From assembly GCA_943704425.1 (NCBI GenBank), contig CALSCP010001831.1, positions 1 to 48,567 of the forward strand: 48,567 nt of DNA. The letters run 5' to 3'. This document shows positions 1-15,595 of the stretch, in pieces. How positions within the stretch are numbered: the stretch's first letter is position 1; each line of letters opens with the position of its first letter. Source of the stretch: Ministeria vibrans ATCC 50519. Its lineage: Eukaryota > Protista > Filasterea. The notes beneath the pieces are model-generated. The model was given only the letters and a program-made list of their open reading frames with translations. It ran no database searches and had not been told where the DNA came from. The position numbers and the translations under genes are program-made.

Positions 1-370
1 GCAATCGGCGCAACGCTGGAGCGCATCGATGGACGCGCGTGAAGCTCTGACTGTCGGTTGAGGCGACTGACGGCAGCGACGTGTGGCAAAACAGGGGGGC
101 ATGATCATGACTCTCTCGAGGATATCTGAACACTTCGCCACACTTTGAAAGGAGAATCCTCGGACACTGGTCCTTAGCCTGTGCCCATGGACGAGGGACC
201 AAAACAGCGTTATCACAGTCTGGTAGATGGGGTGAGGAGACGGCATTGAGAACGCGAAGCGTTTCGTCCGTCTCCAACGAGAAAACGAAGAATACAGCCA
301 CTGCGGCGATGACGACGACGGAGAGAACGCTCACAGCACGAACTGATTTGCTTCTACTTGGGAGTCTCAT
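1..370 (-). CDS. 5' exon of a type-II membrane protein, paralog of the GT61 glycosyltransferase at 12739 (runs off window start)
   Basis: ATG at 370 opens MRLPSRSKSVRAVSVLSVVVIAAVAVFFVFSLETDETLRVLNAVSSPHLPDCDNAVLVPRPWAQAKDQCPRILLSKCGEVFRYPRESHDHAPLFCH..., open to base 1. It has a signal anchor. Bases 1-328 are the near-identical reverse complement of 12769-13086. Confidence 0.75.
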   Translation of the reverse strand, partial: MRLPSRSKSVRAVSVLSVVVIAAVAVFFVFSLETDETLRVLNAVSSPHLPDCDNAVLVPRPWAQAKDQCPRILLSKCGEVFRYPRESHDHAPLFCHTSLPSVASTDSQSFTRVHRCAPALRRL

Positions 371-560
371 ACGAATGAAAAAAAACTAAAAGAGTGAGAG
401 ACAGAGACTCAACTCACTCAAGGATGGAGACTGAATAAATGAGTGAGAGTTTCTTTTTGATCTTTCTCCTTATAAATCTAAAAATAATTTTCTTTTTGAC
501 TCTTGTTTCCACTGCTCTCTTTCTGCTTCAAACGGAGACCGGTATTCAAATATTGACGCA

Positions 561-789
561 ATGAGTCATCAAAGCGGAATTGTCGGTATGCATTCGATGT
601 CAACAAATTCACTCTCCCTGTCTGCCTGACTGTCTTGTGTGTCTCTCTCCCAACACCCCTTCTCTCTTTCTCTTTCTCTTTTAGTCTGTCGTGAACTCCA
701 AGAGAGATTCAGCGAGGCTCTGGCGGAGAATAGTTCGGTGCGAATGCTCCAGATCAACATTGTTGAAGGTCTCAAAGACAAAGAAAAAA

Positions 790-834
<45 letters not shown>

Positions 835-2021
835 ATGTTGCCTCGTCTGTGTCTGAGAACGCGCTCTGTTCGCCTGCATGCTCTTTGGTTGTGTTCTTTT
901 GCTGCAATCTGAAATATTGGTTTTTTTGTCTTCAAAGACCATATTGCAAAGGAGAACTTGTCAGTTCGCGTATCGGGGCTTTGTTTTCTGACATATCTTA
1001 TGTTATAGCCTTAAGCACGCAAACGCAGCCCATCTGGGTTCGGGAGGGGGGTTTTCTCTACATTTTTTTCCCATTTCAGCCGTTTCATTTCTCTCACCCA
1101 TTCTTTTGTAGAAGCACTCGTGGAGTCGTCGTCGTCAGATGCGGCAGGCACATGGCAAGACGACTACGATACGGCGATTCTGCCTCTACTCGACGAAACT
1201 AAGGTTCCAACTGCTTGATCAGCTCGTCTCCTTAACATCTATCGCACCACTGTTCTCCATCATCGCTGTAGGCGTCATACTTTGTGTTTCGGTCGGACAC
1301 GAAGAACGCATACGGCCCAGTGTGGCACTTTATTTGTTGGGTGCCCGATCACACACCAGTGCGCGAGAAGATGCTGTATGCTTCTACCCGTGCCACGCTC
1401 CGACGTGCCTTTGGGGATTACAGAATCGGCGACGAGGTATCAATAAGATGACACACAAACAGCCAAAACGAAAACGCCACAGAAAGCGACCGCGCACCCG
1501 CGTTAATGCGTGTGCTTGTGTGTCGACCTAAAAGCCACAGTACAATTTATACCACCCATCCACTCGCAGGTTTTCGGGACCTGCGAGAGTGACGTCACGC
1601 TGGACGGGCTTGAAAAACATCGCGAAAGCAGAGAGGCCCCTGCACCTCTGACTGCCCGTGAAGAAGAGGCAAATGAGATCAAGCGCGCTGAAGTGAGGAG
1701 TGATTGTCTTGATTTAAACCTGTCTGTATGTGTGTGTTGACAAACTCTTCTTTTTGATTTAGTGTGGGTCGGACATTGGCGCGTCGACGCGCAAGACGAC
1801 TCACAGCGGCGTGGCATTCCCTCTGACGGACGCAGCGCAGGGCGGAGTAGCTGCATTCAAGGCCGAGCAGAGTAACTACCTCCAGCTGGTCAGTTCTAGT
1901 TCTATACCACCAACTCTATCACGTTGCATTACTCTTTCCTATTATTATTTTATCACTTTGTTTCTCTCCATCACTTTGTTTCTCTCTGTTTCACTTTGTT
2001 TTTTCTCTCTCTCCCTGTCTA

Positions 2022-2077
<56 letters not shown>

Positions 2078-2376
2078 NNNNNNNNNNNNNNNNNNNNNNN
2101 NNNNNNNNNNNNNNNNNNNNNNNNNNNNNNNNNNNNNNNNNNNNNNNNNNNNNNNNNNNNNNNNNNNNNNNNNNNNNNNNNNNNNNNNNNNNNNNNNNNN
2201 NNNNNNNNNNNNNNNNNNNNNNNNNNNNNNNNNNNNNNNNNNNNNNNNNNNNNNNNNNNNNNNNNNNNNNNNNNNNNNNNNNNNNNNNNNNNNNNNNNNN
2301 NNNNNNNNNNNNNNNNNNNNNNNNNNNNNNNNNNNNNNNNNNNNNNNNNNNNNNNNNNNNNNNNNNNNNNNNNNNN

Positions 2377-2442
<66 letters not shown>

Positions 2443-3079
2443 ACGCACATACACACACACACGTGATCTAATCACTCCCTCATCCTTTCAGTGTTTGTGT
2501 ACTCTTGTCCGGGGTTTAACACAAAAATCAAGGAGCGCATGCTGTACTCTAGCTGTCGCAACACGCTCATTGACGAGCTCGAGCAGAGCTACGACATCAC
2601 CATTGACAAGCGCGTAAGTCCACATCAATTTAACACACCTTTTTAATTTAACACACCTTTTTTTCTTGGCTTCATCTCTCCTTCCCTTCTCTCCTTCCCT
2701 TCTCTCAACCCTAACCCTTCCCTTCTCTCTCTCTGTCTCTCTCTGTCTCTGTCTCTGTCTCTGTCTCTGTCTCTGTCTCTGTCTCTGTCTCTGTCTCCTG
2801 TCTCTGTCTCTGTGTCTCTGTCTCTCTCTATATATATTATATATATATATATAATATGTATAATATATTCATTTTTTTTCTTTGCATGTTCGCATTCCTC
2901 AGGTTGAAATTGGTGAGGCAAGAGACGTCAATGCAGAGGCGGTCGAGGAGGAGTTCCACCCGAGGCCAGTCGAGGCGAAAAAGAAGTTTTCACGTCCCAA
3001 GGCTCCGTCAAAGCGTGGTCCGCGCAAGTTGCTGCGTACCGAGAAGGAAGCCAGTGATACGCCTGACGAAATGAATTAA
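561..3079 (+). CDS. TWF: Twinfilin (two ADF-H domains plus capping-protein-binding tail), multi-exon; one exon probably lost in the N gap
   Basis: Spliced exons give MSHQSGIV..., WVPDHTPVREKMLYASTRATLRR, APAPLTAREEE, GVAFPL, VFVYSCPG..IKERMLYSSCR and the tail EEFHP...KKFSRPKAPSKRGPRKL. These match twinfilin throughout. All joins are GT-AG. Confidence 0.95.
2078..2376. other. Assembly gap (N run) between (CT)n and (CA)n microsatellites inside twinfilin
   Basis: Run of Ns. The twinfilin segment between NYLQL and VFVYS (start of the second ADF-H domain) is absent from visible sequence. Confidence 0.95.
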
Positions 3080-3275
3080 ATCAACTTTCACATAAACCCA
3101 GAACAAACGAAAGGCGAGCTCGCCACAATTAGTCTCAACGACGTGAGTGGAGACAGAGAACGAACGTATCCGCGCCCAAAGAATGCAATCAGTCAAAAAT
3201 AGTCAAAAATAGTCGATTAAGTCGAAATCAATATTATTTTCTCTTTCGTTTTAGCCAGAAAAAAATCATATCGCT

Positions 3276-5440
3276 ATGTCTGCACTCAAAGTCATTGGAA
3301 TTGGAAGCGGCGGTGTGGATGAAATGCGCGAGGCGCTCGACGAGGAGAAGGTGTGTCCGGCTCTTCCATCGATCTCCCTCTCTCTCTGCTTCGCGCCTGC
3401 ACTTCCCTCGGCATCCCCACGAATAGTGAATACCGCTGACAGGCGAGAGGGTCTTCTCTCGCCGCTTTTTTTTTTTTTTTTTTTTTTTCACGAATTTGTT
3501 TGCCGGCTTTTTTTTTTGACTTCTCTGGTGAAATGGTGCGCTGGAGAAGACCCCGTTTCTCCGACAGTATGTGTTTTTAAGCATTCTGTTGTGAGGCACG
3601 CTAGGTGCACAACGATATGTTCTATATTTTGCAAACTTTGCATTGCGAAAATGAACACAAACGAATGAGAGGGCAGGCACATCTTACGCCTTACTCGCCC
3701 TCAACCACAGGTCATGTTTGGTCTCCTGTACTTCCGCGTCGGCAGCGGCACGTTTGCGCGAGTGAAGCATCTGTTTGTGCACTTCAATGGGGACTCATGC
3801 AGTGGGATGAAGAAGGGGCGGGCGAATGCCAAGAAGGGCGAAGTCATCTCGGTGGTTGGGTCAACGCATGCCGAAGTTGGCATGGAGCAGCAAAAGGTCT
3901 GTGTGTGTGTGGTTGTACGTGTGTGTGCGTGTCTTTGTGGTGTGCGGTGTGTATGTGTCTTTGTGGTGTGTGTGTGTGTGTGTGTCTTTGTGGTGTGTGG
4001 TGTGTGTCTTTGTCGTGTGTGTGTGTGTGTGTGTGTCTTTGTGGTGTGTGTGTGGTGTGTGTGACTAATCGCATTGATTTTGTGTATGTTTCTCAGGAAT
4101 GCACACTTGACGGTATTTGGCGCAAGGTTCAAAAGGTGTTTGTTTCCGATGACGGCTCTTTCACCATCTCCAGGTATACTGCCCACCTTTCGAAGTGTTC
4201 TTGGGCTAATTATTATTGCTTGAATTTGACTGTTTTCTCTTGTGTGTCTGTGGTATCTTGCCAGCTTCAAAGGTAATGACAAACCAATCTGTTATTGCGT
4301 CTGATCGTTCTCATTACAATACCAGCCGATTACGAACGCATGATCCAGGAAGCCAAGGCCCGGGCGGCGGGCGGCGTCGATGCTACCAAGCGAAAGACGG
4401 CCAAAGACATGGGAATCAAGGTAGAGCGGGAGCGTGTGACCGCCTAGGTGGGGTTCTCATTTTCTGGTGTTCTAGGACACGTCCCGCATTCTGACTGCTC
4501 TGCGCAAGCCTGTGGGGCCTTTCAACTGGGGTCTGTTCAAACCTACTCAAGACGGGTTTACACTACACAATGCCGGCAGCGCAAGCGTCGAGGAAATGCG
4601 CGAATGTACGAACAAAAGGAATGAAGAATTGAGGCAAATTGACAGGTGTTGTTTGCTGGTTGTTTTCGTTGTTGTCTTTGTTGTTGTGTAGGGCTCGATG
4701 ACGGCGAGGTGCTTGCTGGTCTGCTGCGCATGGGATTCGGAAAGGGACAGTTCCGTCGCACTAAATGGGTCTCGTTTTGGTGGTCAGGGGAAGGGTAAGA
4801 ATGCGAGGACTCTTTTACATTTTACAAAACATTTTCTATTCGTAGTGTGTCCGCGGTGAAGCGCGGAAAGGCCAACCAGTTGCAAGGGAACACGCTGAAG
4901 GCACTGGAGCCATTTGCACTGACTCTGCAGGCGACGCACGAGAGCGAACTCACGCTCAAGATTATCATTGACAAGGTAACGAACCAGGAGAGACCGTCAG
5001 ACAGACAGATATTATATATATATATAATAGAGAGAGGGAGAAAATTCAAAGTGAGAGAGATGGAGAAAAAAAGTGAGAGAGAGGGAGAAAAAAAAAGTGA
5101 TAGAGAAAAACTTTGATAGAGAGAAACTGAGTAAGAAACAAAGTGATAGAGAGAAACTGAAAAGAAGAAGCAAGAAAGACTTACGGCCCACGTTGTTGGA
5201 TTGCAGGTCAAGAAGTCGACAGTGGTGGATGGGGATGGGGCGTCGGCCGAAGGGGACGGGGCCGACCCGTACTCGATGGAGGCCTTCTTGGCGGCTCTTA
5301 ACGAGGAGATGGAGGCCAACAAGGAGTTTTTCGGTGCCGACGAGTCGTCGTCGTCAACCGTCACTGACTCTGTTGAGGAGGCAGTCAAGCTCATCCGCGC
5401 CGACAATGCCTACAACTGGGGTCTCTTTGCATACGAGTAG
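3276..5440 (+). CDS. Coactosin/drebrin-like ADF-H protein made of two circularly permuted repeats (9 exons, including an 8-nt microexon)
   Basis: Spliced product: MSALKVIGIGSGGVDEMREALDEEKVMFGLLYFRVGSGTFARVKHLFVHFNGDSCSGMKKGRA...ILTALRKPVGPFNWGLFKP...AGSASVEEMREWLDDGEVLAGLLRMGFGKGQFRRTKWVSFWWSGEGVSAVKRGKA...AVKLIRADNAYNWGLFAYE*. The coactosin motifs GSGG, R-x-K, W-x-G and NW-x-LF each occur twice. Confidence 0.8.
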
Positions 5441-5502
5441 AAAGTGCAAGGAAACGGAGGTTTTTATTTTATCTTATTAGTGTTAAGAAATGGAATAGTG
5501 TG

Positions 5503-9865
<4,363 letters not shown>

Positions 9866-9869
9866 GGGA

Positions 9870-10014
9870 ACAATAATGGCAAATTTTTTAAATTTCAAAA
9901 GGGTGCAGTCTGCGAGTGGGGTGCGGGGTGCAGTCTGCGAGTCGAAATTATGAAGGGGTGCAGTCTGCGATTTAAATTTTTCAGGGGGTGCAGTCTGCGA
10001 TTTACCCATCACTG
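9870..10014. repeat. Four copies of GGGTGCAGTCTGCGA between imperfect inverted ends; MITE remnant or regulatory array in the divergent RNGTT/SGNH promoter
   Basis: Exact 15-mers at 9901, 9926, 9956 and 9986. Left end CAATAATGGCAAAT resembles the reverse complement of the right end, CAGTGATGGGTAAAT. No target-site duplication is visible. Confidence 0.6.
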
Positions 10015-10169
10015 ATTATTCACCTGTCAAATCTCTGATCAATAAGGTGAAAAGTCGAAAAACGGGGAAAAGGTGAAAAGTTTAAAGTCGTACAACTTTT
10101 TTTCAGCCAACCTGCCCGAAGCTCGCTCTCCTACCTCGATATCTGCACTCTGTAGCCGTTAATCTATTG

Positions 10170-11513
10170 ATGATTTTCAAAGCCCTAAGTTCACGTTCGC
10201 GGATCCTTCTTTTTATCCTGATTTTTTTTTTCGCTTTGGGTCTTGTCAATTTTTCGAATCTGACTTTGACGGAAACACGTGCTGGAAATCGGTAAGCCTA
10301 ACCTGACTGATGCAATGTCACACATGATTGTTTCAACTTTCGTTGGACCCTTTCGACCTGAAAACCTAACACTTCGTTCTTTAGACTACGCGTCGAATGC
10401 GTTCGACGCAACGCCTCTGAAAATGAATCTCTGCTTCAACAATTGCCCAGCTGCCGAGATTTCAATGGTAAGCTGACAGGCACGTACAACGGGGCGGTGT
10501 TCGTGCCGAACGAGTGTCGTTACAAGATCTTCACATCGCGTGAAATCAACGACGCTCTCGCCGGTAAAAGGATCGGTGTCATTGGGGCGTCATACCAGCG
10601 CAATCTCTTTCGCTGTATGGCAGACATTCTTAGCAACGGATACAGCGCACAATCGGACACTCGCTGGCCACACTCTTTTCGCCAGGGTCCAAACTGGCGA
10701 GCGGTTGCGTCTTGTGCCAACATTCATGTGGGCGGTGGCGATGATGGTCGCTATATTGACGCTTTGTCAGGCGCGCAGATAGACTTCTTTTGGAATCCCC
10801 TCACTTGGCAAAAACACGCCAAAAACGCCACCGTGTGTCCTTTCGAAGCATGTGTCGAGAATCTCCTTGCACCAGCCCTTAACAGCACTTCGCTCCAACT
10901 CGCAGCTCAGTATCCACTTTGTGTTCCTGTCGAAGGCAAAGTAACAAATTGTCTGGATGCGAGACAAATGCGCTACTTCGGCTGGAGAACGCGATGGACC
11001 CTTCTCCCCAAGCTTTTGGAGTCTGCCTCCCCTCCGTACGATGCGCTGGTTGTGGGTGATCGTTCTACGCCAGAGGCAGAGTTCGCACGACTTCGTCCCT
11101 TTTATAAGAGGCAACCAACATTTGTCAGCGAGCCCAAAATGAGCCCTGACTGGGATAAGGCAATATGGAAATTGCACGTTGCGCAAGACCACAACTACTA
11201 CATGGAGACTGCAGCGATCAACATGGCTCGCGCGGATCTCGCTTCCACCAAACTTCACCTGCAAGGTGACGCGCTTGTTACCGAGGCGCGCATCGTTTAC
11301 GATCGTCTGATCCATGTTTTGAACCCCGATGCATACGCCACCATGGGTCGCTCGCTCGCTGATGTGCTGGCCTCGGGTGAGCAGCACACTATCAATGACC
11401 ACTGGAATTTTGGCGAGCGAAATTATTTTGGAAAGGGGAAAATGACCGGCGACCTGTACTTCCAGTCGTTACTCGCACGATATCAGGCCCATCTCCGTGG
11501 CGAAATTCTTTGA
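10170..11513 (+). CDS. Type-II membrane SGNH/PC-esterase-like protein (putative glycan O-acyltransferase or esterase); one intron 10292-10384
   Basis: Exon 1 [29 protein letters not shown] (signal anchor) splices in frame (CG|gtaag...ttag|A) to the 356-aa ORF. The pattern C..G....F.P..C.Y..F...E....[18 protein letters not shown], plus IDFFW and a late DH, is typical of PC-esterase/Cas1p/NXPE-type domains. Confidence 0.65.
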
Positions 11514-11517
11514 GAGG

Positions 11518-11730
<213 letters not shown>

Positions 11731-11859
11731 GATTAAAAGACGAAGAAAAAAAATGAATATATCCGTAAAATCACGTGCGTAACATAATAAATTCTTCGTA
11801 CGCACTATCCGCAGCCACTACTACTGTACTGAAATGTTTATAATTCGATTCGATTCACT

Positions 11860-12600
11860 TCTGTGCATGGGCACCACCAGTGACCACCTGCATCCGCCGC
11901 GGCATGAGGGGCCCAGCCTTTGCTCGCTTCAACATTCCGGCTGGTGCGACGGCCGATACGTTCAGGTGTCGGGCGTGCGCAGCCATCCCACAGCCACAGC
12001 GACAACAACAACAACTGCAACAACCACCGCTGGAGAGTCCAGAACACTTCCTGCTCCTCTCCTCGCCCAGCGGTGTACCGACACCGACACGACTCACAAG
12101 ACTCTTGCCGAGGCACTGCGCGCGACTAACGACATGCACTTTGGAGCGTTTCATCCCCTGGGGGAGATATAGATGCTTCATCGCCGCCGTCAACGCCACC
12201 CAGTGATTCACCCTTCCGAACACCCGCTTTTTCTCCCCTACCCATTTATCTTTATCCTCATAATCTAACACACAGTCACGACAACAAGCACGCCAGCCGC
12301 CCTGCAGCCGACCCGCCCCGCCTGTGTACCACGGGAGCGCCCCACAGCCACCTGGACTTGCCGCCGCCGACCACCGATTCGATTGCTTCAACCACAACTT
12401 CGACTTTACACTCCTTCACCTGTGGTGTCAGAGCCCTAAGCCTCCACTGGGGATGGCGTATTAACCATTGCAATTGCCTCACTGGATAGCGACGATACAG
12501 CACTCTGACCGAGCTCTGACCTTCCACTGTTCTCCCATGTTACCTCTAGAGTTTCGGTTTGGTTGTGTCTTCGCGTGGTGACTGTATCATGTATAATAAT
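11860..12600 (+). mobile_element. Degenerate 5'-truncated non-LTR retrotransposon 3' end (zf-RVT-like zinc knuckle plus 3' UTR)
   Basis: The frame at 11880-12206 has FRCRAC...ESPEHFLL, resembling the CxxC...E..H motif at the C-terminus of LINE ORF2. The terminal about 54 bp recurs at 6666-6737. There is no host-like exon structure. Confidence 0.5.
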
Positions 12601-12738
12601 TAAGTCTTCTTTTTTTGTTCTTTTGTTTGGGTCAATTTTCGTTCAATAGTTTATTGAAAAAAAAGTTAAGTCTTCCCTTCATCTGAGTTTATCAGTAATC
12701 AGTTCATCTTAATTATACTCCTTCTCCTAATCCGCGCG

Positions 12739-14684
12739 ATGCTTCGGAAGTGTCGAAAGCCCCTTCGTGTTCTCTCCGTCGTCGTCATCGCCGCAGTGGC
12801 TGTATTCTTCGTTTTCTCGTTGGAGACGGACGAAACGCTTCGCGCTCTCAATGCCGTCTCCTCACCCCATCTACCAGACTGTGATAACGCTGTTTTGGTC
12901 CCTCGTCCATGGGCACAGGCTAAGGACCAGTGTGCGAGGATTCTCCTTTCAAAGTGTGGCGAAGTGTTCAGATAAGACATGATCATGCCCCCCTGTTTTG
13001 CCACACGTCGCTGCCGTCAGTCGCCTCAACCGACAGTCAGAGCTTCACGCGCGTCCATCGATGCGCTCCAGCGTTGCGCCGATTGCGNNNNNNNGTCATG
13101 ATCATGCCCCCCTGTTTTGCCACACGTCGCTGCCGTCAGTCGCCTCAACCGACAGTCAGAGCTTCACGCGCGTCCATCGATGCGCTCCAGCGTTGCGCCG
13201 ATTGCGGTAAGATATATGACTTCTTTGTAAGGACATGTGTCAGTATTAGTCTGTCGTCCGTTTCTGCTTCAATGCTCCAAAACATTTCTCAAAAATGACC
13301 ATCATAGAAAATAATAATAATAATAATAATAATTATTGCAATGATTGCGACAATGAAGAAACTTAAATTTATGTCTTTCTGGAATAGAGCGCCTTTTCAG
13401 CCATGGTTCTTGCGCCTGCGAGACACCAGCCTGACAAGGGGAGAAAATGTCTTTTTCGGGGCCGGCACGCGGGCCATTGTGCACATTCTCGTTCACAGGT
13501 TACCGGGTGATGAACCTGACTTGAATTCGCGTCTGGAACATCCAGTAGACGGTGTGCCATCGGAAATTTTTGCACCGGCCTTTTCGCACTCTCATGCTGA
13601 GGATGCTGCCTCGCAGCAGGTAGCAAATGCTTTTCGTGGCCGTGCGACAATGGCACGACTTGTGCCGAGCCCTGTGGCGCTTCAGGACAGCAACGCAGCA
13701 GGTGGGCCATGCGTCGAGATGGTGGAAGAGCCAACCATCGTTGCCATGCCAAGGTACCTCTATCACTTTGGTCACTTTCTCGGCGATGGTTTCACTCCGA
13801 TGGTCTATGCCGCTGCCAAAGCACTCGCTGATGGCATGCTTGGCTCGCCCCGCGTGCTCCTTGGAAGCGCGACGCGTGTGATCTTCTTGAGCGAATCGCT
13901 GCCACGCGTTCAAAATTGGGAATCAATGCGAAAGCATTGGGAGTTTGCGTTTGCGGCGATCTCGTCGCGTCCGGTGATTGTTGAAATGTCCTCGACTTTT
14001 ATGATGGTGGGACGGCGTTGCTACCGTGACTTGACGCTGGCAAGCGACTCTCGTCTCACGCACTACTACTCGAATATGGACTCACTTGAGGTTGCGCGCT
14101 TTTCCGCATTCATCCGATCCGCACTCCATCTGCCCACCCAACTGCCACCCCTTCGCCTCCCAATGTTACTCCTGATAAACCGTCCATCCACGGCCGGGCG
14201 CCGAATATTGAATGCCGATCAGTTGCTAGCAGTGGCGCGAAAGCACGTGTACTGCGAAGAGGTGCAGCTCGAGCATCTGACCTTTCGAGAGGTGGTAACG
14301 CGACTCTCGGTGCACACCTCCATCTTAGTGGGTGTTGATGGCACTGGTTTGCTCAATAGTTACTTTTTACGTCCCGGCACTACTCTCATTCGTATTATGA
14401 CTCTTAAGTCAGAGTGTTATGGAGGAAACTTTGACCACGTTGTCTCGAGTACCGGAGGTTTCCTGCTGCACGTCAACCTTCCCAATGCCACTTGCTGTAT
14501 TGACGCCGCAAGTAGTGCGACAACGGCGGAACACGCGTACGACACGGCGTCTGCAGCACAACGCCGCGAAATCATGGCGAAGCTTCGCGACTTCAACATC
14601 ATCGTGCCCCTCGAAGCGTTTGAGCGTGCTGTGATGCAGGCCATGACGACCAGTCTCAATCAGAATGCCAAACGTCGACTCTAG
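12739..14684 (+). CDS. GT61-family (EOGT/POMGNT2/xylosyltransferase-like) type-II membrane glycosyltransferase; exon 1 disrupted as assembled
   Basis: Exon 2 (13499-14684) has YHFGHFLGD, LLINRPSTAGRRILNADQL, LEHLTFREVV and LVGVDGTGLLNSYFLRPG, a GT61 pattern. Exon 1 has a signal anchor but also TAA at 12973-12975, an N gap at 13088-13094 and a duplicated segment at 13095-13206. Intron 13207-13498. Confidence 0.75.
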
Positions 14685-14898
14685 GATCCTCCTTTATTTT
14701 TACTACCCCCTCCTCCCCCTCCCCATTTCTCTTCCCTGTATTGTTGCTTCATTTTTCTCTCAGCTGTTCTGCATTCTGTTAGTATAAAGAGCATAGTAAA
14801 TTATCATTATTATGATTATTATTGTTTTGATTTTTTATTATTCTTCTGGAATTAAATCATCACAGATATTTTAATAATAAAAGAGTGTCAAGTGAACA

Positions 14899-15521
14899 TT
14901 AGGGCCAGAGAAGAACGCGCAAACCACGATTGCGCACTTTCTGTAGCATGTCGTTTGCTTCGGTGACGGTGCGCTGACGGGGATGCTTGTGGTCGCGACA
15001 CCAGCCGGCAGCGGCGAGCAGAGGGCAGAACATGTGGATCTCAAGGTACGCTTCATCGATCAGGTGGTGCAGCCCTGACTCAAGAAGAACTTCTAGAAGC
15101 GCATACTGGATGGAAGATCAAGTGCGCATTGACAAGAGAGACAGGGAGAGACAGGGAGAGAGAAAAAACAAGTGAAAGCCACAAAGACAGGGGTGAGCGG
15201 GAGAGAGAAAGGGAAAGTCGCATAAGTGTGACTCAAGTTGTGTCTCACTGTGGTACCTCGTGACCCTCGACGTCCATTTTCAGAACAACAAAGTCGTCGT
15301 CTTTTAGCTTCATGGCCGTCAGATAGTCCACCAGGTTGTACAAACGTTTCGATTCGTCTTGGGGTGCCCCCACGACAAACCCGTGCGTAAAGTGAAACTG
15401 GGTTGTCATAAAGTTCTTGGGCAGCTTTAGTGCGGCAACATGGGGAAGCTTTTGAAACTCGTCGTCGGTAGGGATCTGCAAAGAGAAACGCCAAGTGCGA
15501 ATAATAACATAATAATAATAA

Positions 15522-15595
<74 letters not shown>

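Noticed and set aside
2625-3215. Short direct duplications (aatttaacacaccttttt x2; agtcaaaaat x2)
   Set aside because: These are local slippage duplications with no sign of an inserted element between the copies.
9901-10000. CRISPR-like repeat-spacer appearance
   Set aside because: The repeats (15 bp) and spacers (10-15 bp) are too short, there are only four copies, there are no cas genes, and the context is eukaryotic.
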